A stretch of DNA of 64,000 bases from Myxococcales bacterium (lineage in GTDB: Bacteria; Myxococcota_A; Polyangia; Polyangiales; DASUME01): positions 7,552,001 through 7,616,000 of the forward strand of contig JASGJH010000001.1 in the NCBI GenBank assembly GCA_047601445.1. The letters are read 5' to 3'. The translations under genes were made by a program, and so were the position numbers. The notes beneath the pieces are model-generated. The model was not told the origin of the DNA. It made no database searches and worked only from the letters and a program-made list of their open reading frames with translations. Positions 10,066 through 19,673 of the stretch are shown here, piece by piece; positions within the stretch are counted from its first letter, which is position 1; each line of letters begins with the position of its first letter.

Positions 10066-10887
10066 CTAGAGGTCGTCATTCGCGGCCATCGCTCCACTCA
10101 TACTCCCGTCGAGCGACGCAATCATACTGACGCGCATGCGGTCGAACGACTCGCTCAGATCCCGGACTTCCTGGGTGCCTTGGCTGCGAAACTGCACGTT
10201 CAAATTGCCCGTGCTCATCACCCGTGCTGCCTCGGCCAACTCCTGGATTGGTCGCGCGATGGTGGCACGGGCCAGCCAGCCGCCGAGTGCGACCAAGACC
10301 AGTCCGAGAAAGAGGGCCACACCTTGCACGACGTAGAGAGTCGCTACCTTACTCTCAGAGTCTGCTTGCATCAGAGAGACTGCGCCGTCCATGGCCTCCA
10401 GCAGCTGCAGATTGGTGTCCATGATGGCATCGACGTCGGGGGTGCTCTTGCCGTGAGAGGCCAAGACGGCGTTCAGATGAGTCTTGAATGCGGACCACTT
10501 GCCCTCCACGATGTCGAGCTGCTTGCGGATCTCCTCCGTGGCCGCAGGGGGCGTCTGCCGCATCTTCGTCATGTCCAGGTTCGTCGGTGCCGAGCCGCCG
10601 TCGCGCAGTGCGAACAAGGTGGACTCGAAGACCCGCATGGTGTGCCGCAAGACGTCTCGATACTCGCTCACCTGTTCTTCTCGTCCTGCGGCCGCCGCAT
10701 TGGCGAGCTGCACGCCTTCCTTGGTCATGCGCTGCGTGAGCATTCTCTGGCGGCCTGCCAGGTTGACGATGAGACCGTCGTCCTTTTGGGTCTGCAGTAC
10801 CTGAAAGCTGGCAGCGACCACGCCGCTGAGCAGTACGAGGAAGGCAGCGAAGATCAGCAGCATTCTACCTTGGATTGTCGTCAACAT
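10066..10887 (-). CDS. Membrane sensor: TM - NarX/PilJ-type periplasmic domain - TM - HAMP, no output domain
   Basis: IVNLAGRQRMLTQRMTKE P-box-like motif; two TM helices; IARPIQELAEAA...GNL...EVRDLSESFDRM HAMP; stops about 20 aa later. Confidence 0.85.
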   Translation of the reverse strand: MLTTIQGRMLLIFAAFLVLLSGVVAASFQVLQTQKDDGLIVNLAGRQRMLTQRMTKEGVQLANAAAAGREEQVSEYRDVLRHTMRVFESTLFALRDGGSAPTNLDMTKMRQTPPAATEEIRKQLDIVEGKWSAFKTHLNAVLASHGKSTPDVDAIMDTNLQLLEAMDGAVSLMQADSESKVATLYVVQGVALFLGLVLVALGGWLARATIARPIQELAEAARVMSTGNLNVQFRSQGTQEVRDLSESFDRMRVSMIASLDGSMSGAMAANDDL

Positions 10888-12664
10888 GCGGGGCGTTCCT
10901 TTCTGAATAGGGGGCGCCCTCCCGAAGGCGCCGTAGCAGGCAGAGGAGGTCGGCGGGAGGCCAAGCGGTGGGACGCTTGCGCAGTTCACTCGGCACGTCT
11001 TGCACGTGGGTCAACGCGGCCGCTTGCGCGTGTGCACCTCGCACGGACCACGTGGTTACGATGCGCTGCTGCGCGGCCGCCGCCACCAGCACGCTGCTTT
11101 GGGCGAGCTCCGGCCAGGGCATGCTTCCCTGCGCGCAGACGTGCTGCAGTAGTCGTGCCGCGTCAGGCGAAAAGAAGTAGCGATCCGCGGTGGCGGCAGT
11201 AGCCCACCGTGCCAAGCGAACCGAGAAGATACCTGGTGCCAGCCCGTCCTCGCCCATGCGGAGGCTGTGCGACCCGTCGTCTTCAGGCGGTCCCCACTCC
11301 TCGTCCAGGGTGGTGACCTGCACCGTGCTGATCCCGAGGCCTGCGACGCCCGCAGCCAGCTCGCGCAGCTCGAGCACTTGCCGCGCATCCAGGCCCCGAG
11401 GGCACGAGACCCAGAGGAGTGGCAACCGGCCAGAACTCTCGAGCACGCCGATCTCCATCAGAGCCTTGCCGACCTGTTCGAGCGAGCCTTCCGCGGTCAT
11501 GCCGAGCGCCTGGGTGAGCATCGCCAGCGTGCTCCCCAGCCCCCGCTGGACGGTGAGGCGTGCCAGCACCGTGCAGTTGTCCGGTGTGCCGCGGCAGGCA
11601 GCTTCGAGTACCAGCTCGGCGTGGCGAGGGGCCCGCGCGCACACGCGAATCAAGGGCGTGCGCGCCTCGAACAGCCTCTGCAGCGCCTCTCGGGTCTCAT
11701 GCTCCAGGCCTTCGTCCAGGCTGGCCTGGAGCGCCCGCTCGAGGCCATTGGGTACGAAGGGCTGGACCTGCCTCGGATCGGGTCGGATCGAGCTGGCCCC
11801 GCGCCCCTTCTCGCGCGCGGGATCCTGCGCCACCTCGGCCAGCTCCCTCGACAATTCGCTCCCAGAGTTCGGTCTTTGTCCGGGGTCCTTGGCCAGCATC
11901 GCGAGGAGAAGCTCGCTCACGCCCCGCGGAAGATGCGGCGGTAGCTTCGGCGTCAGCTCGAGGTGCGCGCCCCTCAGCTGCTGCAGATCCGGCAGGGGAA
12001 ACGGTACCCGCCCGACCAGCATGAAGTAGAGACATGCCCCCAGGCTGTACACGTCCGAGGCTGGACTCGGGGGGCCATCGCGCCACAGTTCGGGCGCCAG
12101 AAAGGCCGGTGTGCCCACGACCGGCAGCAGTCCAACGCTGTCGCCCGGGCGCTCCAGCGCCAGGCCAAAATCAGCGATTTTGACTTGTCCGTAGCGGGTG
12201 ACCAGCAGGTTGTGCGGCTTGATGTCCCGATGGATGATCCGCTCCTGGTGCGCATAGCTGAGACCGGACGCAGCCTGGCAGATCAACTCCAGCGCTTCCG
12301 CCAGCGGCAAGGGGCCCGTGCGTTGGACGCGAGTCTGAACACTGCCTCCGCCCACGTACTCGTAGACGATGAACCAAAGACCCTTGTGGCGCCCAGCATG
12401 GTAGACGCGCACCACGTGGGGATGCTCGAGCTTGGCGGCGATACGGGCTTCTTCGACGCCGCGCGTTTCACCGATCCGCCCGCTGCGTGCAGTCTTGAGC
12501 GCGACGTAGCGCCCGAGCAGGGAGTCGCGCCCGAGCAAAACGGTTCCTTCACCGCCGCGCCCGAGGTTTCCCTCGATCACGTAGTTTCCAATCAGCGTGC
12601 CCGTTGCGATGGACAGCCCGTCGTCCACTCTCTGCTCCGCCTCGGCTAGATCTGAAGTCACCAT
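10865..12664 (-). CDS. Hanks-type Ser/Thr protein kinase with C-terminal degenerate ExeA-like AAA domain
   Basis: LGRGGEG, VALK, HRDIKPHN, DFG, GTPAFLAPE, SDVYSLG; C-terminal half resembles ExeA/GspA without Walker motifs. Confidence 0.9.
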   Translation of the reverse strand: MVTSDLAEAEQRVDDGLSIATGTLIGNYVIEGNLGRGGEGTVLLGRDSLLGRYVALKTARSGRIGETRGVEEARIAAKLEHPHVVRVYHAGRHKGLWFIVYEYVGGGSVQTRVQRTGPLPLAEALELICQAASGLSYAHQERIIHRDIKPHNLLVTRYGQVKIADFGLALERPGDSVGLLPVVGTPAFLAPELWRDGPPSPASDVYSLGACLYFMLVGRVPFPLPDLQQLRGAHLELTPKLPPHLPRGVSELLLAMLAKDPGQRPNSGSELSRELAEVAQDPAREKGRGASSIRPDPRQVQPFVPNGLERALQASLDEGLEHETREALQRLFEARTPLIRVCARAPRHAELVLEAACRGTPDNCTVLARLTVQRGLGSTLAMLTQALGMTAEGSLEQVGKALMEIGVLESSGRLPLLWVSCPRGLDARQVLELRELAAGVAGLGISTVQVTTLDEEWGPPEDDGSHSLRMGEDGLAPGIFSVRLARWATAATADRYFFSPDAARLLQHVCAQGSMPWPELAQSSVLVAAAAQQRIVTTWSVRGAHAQAAALTHVQDVPSELRKRPTAWPPADLLCLLRRLREGAPYSERNAPHVDDNPR

Positions 12665-12676
12665 GTGCCGAGCAGC

Positions 12677-13369
12677 TCACACGCGCAGCGGTTGACGCAG
12701 CGCACGCGCGGCCTCGATAAAACTCTGCTGGCGTTCGGGGTTGGGAATCTTGGCCGCCAGCCGCGTCAGGAAATCGTTGAACTGCCCGTGGCGCAGTGTG
12801 CGCGCGGTGACGCCCAGTGCCGCCAGTTGCTGCTTGAACAACACCTTTGCCGCCGGACCCGTGTAGTTCACGTAGACTCCGAGCATCTGCACGACCAGCG
12901 CCTTACCCACGGCGTCCGGTGGCACCTGCTCGCCGTAGGCGCCGCTCGAGCGCGACGTCAGGTCGGCTCCCTGGGTGAGCGAGCGGCTCACCTCGGGCGC
13001 CTTGCCCGACGCCAGCACACTCGAGGGCTCGGCGCGTGCCAGATTGAGCGCCAACACGTTCAGGGCGACGTGCAGCATCGTGATGTTCACGTCGGGGGTC
13101 GTGAGCGCGAGCACGGTGTAGGAGTCGAGTCGGCGCAGCAGGATGCCGCCGCCTTCGCAGTTCGCGAAGAACCCATCGACCCGGCCATCGTTCAGCGAGC
13201 CGAAAATGTCGAACGAAGACGCCAGGCGGCGCGTCACCTCGGTGAGGAGGATGGCCTCGTAGGGGGCGGGCAGATTGTTGGTCACACAGCGACCTGCGCC
13301 ATCGAACAGCGCCACTCCGCGTACCCCTTCGGCTTCCGACAACGATGCTAACGGTATGCTCACAGTCAT
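12677..13369 (-). CDS. Roadblock/LC7 (MglB-like) domain protein with C-terminal helical domain
   Basis: LSEAEGVRGVALFDGAGRCV...GGILLRRL..YTVLALT..DVNITML; ATG overlaps the upstream TGA (ATGA). Confidence 0.75.
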   Translation of the reverse strand: MTVSIPLASLSEAEGVRGVALFDGAGRCVTNNLPAPYEAILLTEVTRRLASSFDIFGSLNDGRVDGFFANCEGGGILLRRLDSYTVLALTTPDVNITMLHVALNVLALNLARAEPSSVLASGKAPEVSRSLTQGADLTSRSSGAYGEQVPPDAVGKALVVQMLGVYVNYTGPAAKVLFKQQLAALGVTARTLRHGQFNDFLTRLAAKIPNPERQQSFIEAARALRQPLRV

Positions 13370-14748
13370 CTCCCTTGGCCTGAGGCGATCTTCTTCAGCA
13401 CCGCCATCGGATTCTTGTTCGCTCCACCCATCACCAGCAGGAAGCCGAAGTCCTCGTTGACCACGTACCAGTTGGAGCTGCCCATCGAGATGCACCACGA
13501 CTCGGGTTCTCCCAGTCCGAGCTCCGCTGCGGCCTCACCGAGCTGACGCGCTGCGAGCGCAGCCACCGCGCAGCCAGTCTCGGCGTCCATCTCGCCTTCA
13601 TTGGCCACCACGCTTCCATCTCGCTCGGCGCGTGCCGCGGCGCGCAGTGTCGGAGCGCGCTGCAAGACCTCACCGAGGGCGACCTCATTCTTTGCCGTAT
13701 TGCTTGCGTTCACGGTCTTCTCCTTCTCCTGCGGCGCGTTCGGCGCGCGGGCTGGCTCCTTCGAGCTCGTCGGGTTCGTTGCCTGAGGCACCTGCGGCGT
13801 GGCTGACGCGCCCGCTCGGGCAGAGGATGCGCCGCCGGAAAAGGGCGTAAGATTCGACGTGCGGACGGTGTTGGAGCGCGATTCAGGGCTCGCTCGCGGA
13901 GCGGGCGTGGGCGAGGCTGGCGCTTTCTGTCCGCGCAGAGGTGGCAACCCTGCGGCCAGGGCGGTCGTCGTGGGGGCCGCCTCTCTCGACCGCAGATCAA
14001 GCTGCACGATGCCCGACGGATCCCCGGAAATCGCGGCCATGTTGGGCGCCTTGGCAAAGCGTCCCATGCTCCGAGATGCCCGTTCGTCGGCGATGCGCAC
14101 GGCGTCGAGGAGCAGTTGCTCGAGGCTGCCAGTGAGGTTGGCGGGTAGCGCCACTCCGGTCAAAGACTCGCAGTGGATGTCGGCATCCTCCAGCAACGCG
14201 AGTCGAGAGAAGGCTTCCACACCCTCGCCGAGCTCGTCGTTGGCCCAGGTGACATCGCCAGCTTCAATCACGATGCGCCCGTGGCTACCGAGGCCGTTGG
14301 AGACGGAAAGACCGACGCTGCGACGGGTCAGCGCCGCGAGCTGAAGGTAGTCGGCGACCGTAAAGACGGAAGCTGGTGGCGGGAGCGTTCTTACACGCTC
14401 GAGTCGCCGCTTCACGAGTTCGCGAAAGGCCGCGCCGTCAACCGGCTTCTGAATCACGTCGATGTTCGAATTCTCCGGCAGCTCAGGGCGAATCCCGACC
14501 TCCCCGGCCACGAAGATCACGGGGATCTTGAGGCCGCGGCTCGCCAACTCCGGCAGCAGATCGAGGCCCGACCCGTCGGGCAGAGAGAGCCCAGCGACCA
14601 CGAGGCGTGGCATCGTTGCGTCGAGTGCATCGATGGCCTCTTGAATGCCCCTCGCTTCGACCACGGAGATGGCCTGATGCGTGAGCAGATGCCGGCTGAG
14701 CGTTCCCCTGAGCACGATTTCATCCTCGAGGAGAAGAACTTGGTCCAT
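13366..14748 (-). CDS. Atypical receiver + DUF4388/PatA_N-like + Pro-rich linker + roadblock/LC7 domain protein
   Basis: VLLLEDE...SLPDGSGLDL...KP receiver; FTVADYLQLAAL...GRIVIEAG DUF4388-like; C-terminal LRAAARAERDGSVV...LGEAAAELGLG roadblock-like. Confidence 0.82.
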   Translation of the reverse strand: MDQVLLLEDEIVLRGTLSRHLLTHQAISVVEARGIQEAIDALDATMPRLVVAGLSLPDGSGLDLLPELASRGLKIPVIFVAGEVGIRPELPENSNIDVIQKPVDGAAFRELVKRRLERVRTLPPPASVFTVADYLQLAALTRRSVGLSVSNGLGSHGRIVIEAGDVTWANDELGEGVEAFSRLALLEDADIHCESLTGVALPANLTGSLEQLLLDAVRIADERASRSMGRFAKAPNMAAISGDPSGIVQLDLRSREAAPTTTALAAGLPPLRGQKAPASPTPAPRASPESRSNTVRTSNLTPFSGGASSARAGASATPQVPQATNPTSSKEPARAPNAPQEKEKTVNASNTAKNEVALGEVLQRAPTLRAAARAERDGSVVANEGEMDAETGCAVAALAARQLGEAAAELGLGEPESWCISMGSSNWYVVNEDFGFLLVMGGANKNPMAVLKKIASGQGR

Positions 14749-14842
14749 GCGCGACTCTCCCTGACCACCGAAATGGCGGGCAAGGCAGTGTGCCCCGCCC
14801 AGCTCCCGCTCCTCGCCTCGACGAGATGGCGGGAGGCATCGG

Positions 14843-14858
14843 TGCACGGCGCGCGCCA
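14843..14858 (-). promoter_or_regulatory. Candidate sigma54 -24/-12 promoter for the signalling cluster
   Basis: Minus strand TGGCGCGCGCCGTGCA has GG-N10-GC spacing, about 95 bp upstream of ATG 14748; chance match possible at this GC content. Confidence 0.35.
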
Positions 14859-15160
14859 ACTCCGTGGGCGATGCGTGCCGTCGCGAAACTGCCCGACTTT
14901 CCTGGAAGACCAACAGACGGTCTGCACGCTACGAGGCCTTCACAGGCTGGTTGCTCGCTCCGGCGAGTGTCCCGATCGGAACACTCGGCTGCGATCGGTA
15001 CACTCCCGGCGCGTCTTACCGAAACAGTCGAGCACGAGAGTGTAAGGTCCGTCTGCAAGCGGGAGCCGCGTGAGCAGTGTCCCTTGGGCTAGGCCGTATT
15101 GTCGGACCCAATGCACAGTTTGGGTCAGAGCACCTGCCCCGTGGGGGTAGGGTTCACAGC

Positions 15161-17101
15161 ATGGGCCGATCCGGAAGTCGGACCGAGGACGCCGGCGAGA
15201 CCAGTTTCCGCACGCTCTGCGAAACCTGCGGAGTCGGGTTTTGGCACATCGATAAGGCTGGCCGCACCGTCTACGTGAACGCCGCCATGTGCGCGCTGCT
15301 CGAAGCGGATTCGGCGGCCGAACTCGAGGGCGTCGGATACCACCGGTTCTTCACGGAAGAGAGCCTGGTACGCATGCGCGAGGAGCACGCCAAGCGGACG
15401 ACCGGCGCGCCCTCGACCTACGAAGCGGTGCTGATCGGGTTGCGTGGCGGACGTCGCAGCGTGGTGATCTCGGGCGCTCCGCTCACGGACAGCGCCGGCG
15501 AACTGCAGGGACTGATCGGAACTTTCACGGACATCACCGCGCGCAAGCAAGCAGAACTTGCGCTGCAGGACAGCGAGAATCGGTTGCGCTCCGTTTTTGC
15601 TGCTTCCAACGATGCCATCGCCGTCGCGCGCGCCGGCGTGTTGATGATGGTCAATCCGGCACTCTTGCGCATGTTCCGCTGCATCGACGAAGACGAACTG
15701 CGCGGACACTCGGTGCTCGAACTGATTACCCCCGCTTCGCGCGAGGATGTTGCCGAGGGCGTGCGCTTGCGCGCGGAAGGCAAGCAGCAGGTCGGCCACT
15801 ACTTCACGACCGGGATTCGCCGCAATGGCGAGGAGTTCCCTCTCGAGGTTCGCGCCGCCGTCTACCAGGAGGCCGACGCGTTTTACTCGGTGGCCATCCT
15901 GCGCGACAACACCGAGCGCATGGCGCTGGAGGAGCAACTTCGGCAGTCACAAAAAATGGACGCCCTCGGCCGCCTGGCAGGCGGCGTCGCCCACGACTTC
16001 AACAACTTGTTGATGGTGATGATGGGCTGTTCGGAGATGATCCTGGCCGACCAGAGCGCGAGCGCAAAGGTTCGACACAACGCGCAGCTCACGGTGTCGA
16101 CCGGCGAGCGCGCGGTGAGTCTGACCCGTCAGTTGCTGGCCTTGAGCCGCCGCCAGGTCATCGATCCCAGAGTCATCGATCTCGACGGGGTCGTGCAGGA
16201 GATGGCGGACATGCTGCGCCGACTGCTCGGGCCCCAAATCGAGCTGGTGGTGAAGCGGGGCGACGCGACCGCGCGCGTGAAGGCCGATCCGGGGCAGATC
16301 CAGCAAGTCGTGATGAACCTTTGCGTGAACGCGCGTGACGCCATGCCTGAAGGCGGACGCATCACGCTGGAGACCGAGCACGTGCGCTTGAGTGAAGGGC
16401 AGCTGCGCTCGTTCGTGAATACGCCCGCCGGCGACTTCATCCGCCTGGCCGTCAGCGACACGGGGCATGGGATGGACGCGGCCACGCAGGAACGCCTTTT
16501 TGAGCCCTTCTTCACGACCAAGCCGCTCGGTGAGGGGACAGGACTCGGCCTCTCCACGGTCTACGGCATCGTCAAGCAGAGCGGCGGCCATATCACGGTG
16601 AACAGCTCCGTTGGCGAGGGCAGTGTGTTCTACGTGTACCTTCCGCGCGTCGACGCGCCGCTCGCGGCGCCGCCCGCGGCGCGAAGCATTCCACCAGCTC
16701 CCCACGCATCCGATCTGACCGTACTCCTGGTCGAGGACGAGGCTTCCGTTCGGGCGCTGGTCGGGACCTTTCTCGGTGCCATTGGCTACAAGGTGATCGC
16801 CGCCAGCTCGGGCGAGGAGGCGCTAAGTCTGTTTGCGCGTCGACAGGCGGTAATCAAGCTCGTGGTGACCGACATGCTCATGCCGGGCATGTCGGGCGCC
16901 GTGCTCGCCAACGAGCTCGATCGTGTGGCTCCCGGCCTGCCGATTCTGTTCGTGTCGGGCTATCCCAGAGACAGCAGCTCCACCCTCGTCACCGCGCGTC
17001 CACGCTCGGCATTTCTCGCCAAGCCGTTCACCCCGTTGCAGCTGAAGTCGCAGCTGCAGCAGCTGCTCGCTGCGGGCGCCGACGGCGGTCGGTTGGAATG
17101 A
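15161..17101 (+). CDS. PAS-PAS hybrid histidine kinase/receiver (CckA-like)
   Basis: Two PAS/PAC domains, LAGGVAHDFNNLL H-box, NLCVNARDAM, FEPFFTTK.GEGTGLGL, receiver with VVTDMLMP. Confidence 0.95.
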   Translation: MGRSGSRTEDAGETSFRTLCETCGVGFWHIDKAGRTVYVNAAMCALLEADSAAELEGVGYHRFFTEESLVRMREEHAKRTTGAPSTYEAVLIGLRGGRRSVVISGAPLTDSAGELQGLIGTFTDITARKQAELALQDSENRLRSVFAASNDAIAVARAGVLMMVNPALLRMFRCIDEDELRGHSVLELITPASREDVAEGVRLRAEGKQQVGHYFTTGIRRNGEEFPLEVRAAVYQEADAFYSVAILRDNTERMALEEQLRQSQKMDALGRLAGGVAHDFNNLLMVMMGCSEMILADQSASAKVRHNAQLTVSTGERAVSLTRQLLALSRRQVIDPRVIDLDGVVQEMADMLRRLLGPQIELVVKRGDATARVKADPGQIQQVVMNLCVNARDAMPEGGRITLETEHVRLSEGQLRSFVNTPAGDFIRLAVSDTGHGMDAATQERLFEPFFTTKPLGEGTGLGLSTVYGIVKQSGGHITVNSSVGEGSVFYVYLPRVDAPLAAPPAARSIPPAPHASDLTVLLVEDEASVRALVGTFLGAIGYKVIAASSGEEALSLFARRQAVIKLVVTDMLMPGMSGAVLANELDRVAPGLPILFVSGYPRDSSSTLVTARPRSAFLAKPFTPLQLKSQLQQLLAAGADGGRLE

Positions 17102-17540
17102 AAGGCGCTGAAACTGACGAGCACATGAGCTGCTCTGAAGTTGGTTGGCCCATCCCTCCATTCCAACACAATCAGGTCCCGTCGGAGCATCGGCTCCCTT
17201 GCTCACGACGCACCTCACGCGTTGACAGAATGGACACGGCGCTCTGACAGGACCGACCCCCGGCTCGGCCGCGGTGACACGACGCCACCACGGCACTGGT
17301 GCAGTTGGGAATGGGTGGTTCGGCTCCCCGTGCATGAGGGCGACTTTCGCGATGTTTGAAGATCGCTCTCTGTCCTGGCACCAACCATATGGAGAGCAGC
17401 TTGCCATTGAGCAAGCTATGATCTGCTGAGCAGCCGCCAACCAAAGCCCCTTTGGGCAACCCTCTCCCCAAGACCAATAGACGCCGGTGCCGGCGAATGC
17501 GTGTAGGCGACGCGTAGTTGGTTGGACAGCGGATCTAGAA

Positions 17541-17939
17541 ATGAGTCACGACTGCCATCGGAACTCGGACCTAGCAACATCCATCCTGCTGGTTGACGAT
17601 GACCCAGCGGTGCTGGATGCGACGCGGGCGATGCTAGATGACCTCGGATTCGAGGTGCATGCATGTCTTGGTGGAGCTGCCGCGCTCGAGGTCATCAAGG
17701 ACGCGTCCGTCCGCATTGATGCGCTCGTCAGCGATGTGGTCATGCCAGGACTCGACGGGCTCGCGCTCACGGACCTCATCGAAGTACTTCGACCGGGTAC
17801 ACCGACCATCCTCATGTCGGGTTATCCCTTCGATGGCTTGGCCGCGAAGCATCGACAGGTCGCGGTGCACTTTCTGCGTAAACCCTTTCGCATTGTCGAA
17901 CTGATCGAAGCGTTGGATCAAGCGTGTCCTACTCGCTAG
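17541..17939 (+). CDS. Single-domain response regulator
   Basis: ILLVDDD, LVSDVVMPGLDG, MSGY, FLRKPF. Confidence 0.9.
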   Translation: MSHDCHRNSDLATSILLVDDDPAVLDATRAMLDDLGFEVHACLGGAAALEVIKDASVRIDALVSDVVMPGLDGLALTDLIEVLRPGTPTILMSGYPFDGLAAKHRQVAVHFLRKPFRIVELIEALDQACPTR

Positions 17940-17991
17940 CTTCCTGGCTTGCTCCGAGCTCTCGCGAACTCGAGGTCGTGTATCGACCGAG

Positions 17992-19311
17992 CTATGCCTT
18001 CTTTCCCGCGGCCGGTAACAGGATGACGAAATCAGTGCCAACGCCCTCGGTGCTGGTTGCGCGTATGCTTCCGCCGAGTCTTCTTATGATGCCGTAACAG
18101 GTTGAGAGTCCCAAGCCTGTCCCTTTGCCCTCGGCTTTCGTCGTGAAAAATGGCTCGAAGAGACGAGAAATCACGTGGGGTGGCATGCCCGTGCCCGTAT
18201 CACGCACCTTGATCTCGAGCCATCGCCCCCGGTGCGCTCGGTCGTCCTCCACGGCTTCGGCGCGCTCTCGTGCTTGAAGGTACAACGTACCGCCGTTCGG
18301 CATCGCGTCGCGCGCATTGATCGCAAGATTCAGGAGGACCTGCTCGACGTGCGTTGAACCCGCGATGATCGAAGGAAGCTCGCTCGGGATACCTACCTCC
18401 AGCCGTACGCTCGGGCCGAGCACGCGCGGAAGAAGATCGGCTAGGGCACACAAAGTGGCGCGCGAATCTATGATCGAGAGCTGCTCCGCTTCTTTGCGAG
18501 AGAATGCTAGGAGGCGCTTCGTAAGCTGGGTGGCATCCGCCGCTGCCTTGTCTGCTGCCTTGAGAATTTCGCTGGTGTGGCCAGCGAGGTTCTCGTTCAA
18601 CGAGGCTATCTGGATTGCCCCTTGGATCACCGTTAGCAGGTTGTTGAAGTCGTGCGCTACAGCTGCCGCCATGCGCCCGAGGGCGTCCATCTTCTGCGCC
18701 TGCTGGAGCTGTGATTCCAAAGCAACGGCCTGGCGTTCGCGGGTCACAACCTGCTTGAGCGCTCGCCTCGCGTTTCGGACCTGGATAGCCGAAAGGATTG
18801 CGGTTACCACGCATAGCGCAAGTCCATAGGTTGTTGCCGTCCCCCATGTTGCCGGGAGCTGCACTTCGTTGCGCGACACGACGCCCATCGCGATGACCGC
18901 GCCAGCGTTCAAGAAGGCGCTCACGATGACTCCCCGCAGTGGCAGCGTCGCCCCCGCCACGAACAAGGAGAACCCGACGAACGCAGGTCCCGGACCGATC
19001 TGTCGGTTGGCCGCCACTGCGGCGAAAACGGCTCCGGTCACGAGACAATTCAAGAGCACGGCCACCATTTGGCCGCGGCGTTCGTCCGTGGCCATGCGGT
19101 GCACGGCCGCGAACAACGGGGCGGCGAGCAGCGGCACGACCACCACTCGTGTGTCCATCCCGACCAAGAGGAGCGAAGCCGCGAGGACCAACGTAACGCA
19201 GGCAAATGCCAAGGCGATGGCGCGCACGTTGCGAACCCGGCGTCGACGATCGAGACGTTCGACCCGCGCGCGTACGTCATCGAGCTCTAGCGAGCTAGTT
19301 AGCGAGGCCAT
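17992..19311 (-). CDS. Membrane-bound sensor histidine kinase
   Basis: About 6 TM helices; AHDFNNLL, NLAINARDAM, DTGTGM, FFTTK.GKGTGLGL. Confidence 0.92.
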   Translation of the reverse strand: MASLTSSLELDDVRARVERLDRRRRVRNVRAIALAFACVTLVLAASLLLVGMDTRVVVVPLLAAPLFAAVHRMATDERRGQMVAVLLNCLVTGAVFAAVAANRQIGPGPAFVGFSLFVAGATLPLRGVIVSAFLNAGAVIAMGVVSRNEVQLPATWGTATTYGLALCVVTAILSAIQVRNARRALKQVVTRERQAVALESQLQQAQKMDALGRMAAAVAHDFNNLLTVIQGAIQIASLNENLAGHTSEILKAADKAAADATQLTKRLLAFSRKEAEQLSIIDSRATLCALADLLPRVLGPSVRLEVGIPSELPSIIAGSTHVEQVLLNLAINARDAMPNGGTLYLQARERAEAVEDDRAHRGRWLEIKVRDTGTGMPPHVISRLFEPFFTTKAEGKGTGLGLSTCYGIIRRLGGSIRATSTEGVGTDFVILLPAAGKKA

Positions 19312-19673
19312 GCTAGAGGCCGAGCCAGGTGGATGCACCCATTTTGCACGAGGTTCGACGGATGCTTCACCGTCCACCGATGCATATCAAGTGTCAGCAT
19401 ACTGCTTGCGGCGGGCCGGTCTCTCTTCTCCGGCATCAAGGAAACAGCGGCCGCCTTCGAGCGCTGCACGGGTCCAACCATTGACGAGGGGGCAGCATGC
19501 AGGAGAGCGCTCCCGGGCACTTGCTAGGTCGCCTGACGACGGGCGGTCAATGTTCGTGGCCATCGCAGTCACTCCCGTCGAGCACGCGACCAGGAGCGAC
19601 GCAGGAGAGGAATCCGCGATATCCGTCCCAACGTTTTTCGCCAAGGATCGCCGATGCCGCCGCAGTAAAGGGA

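Noticed and set aside
14779..14797. GGCACACTGCCTTGC, sigma54-like element on the minus strand
   Set aside because: GG-to-GC spacing is 11 rather than the required 10
17102..17540. Short ORFs between the hybrid kinase and the response regulator
   Set aside because: No consistent codon bias or motif in any frame
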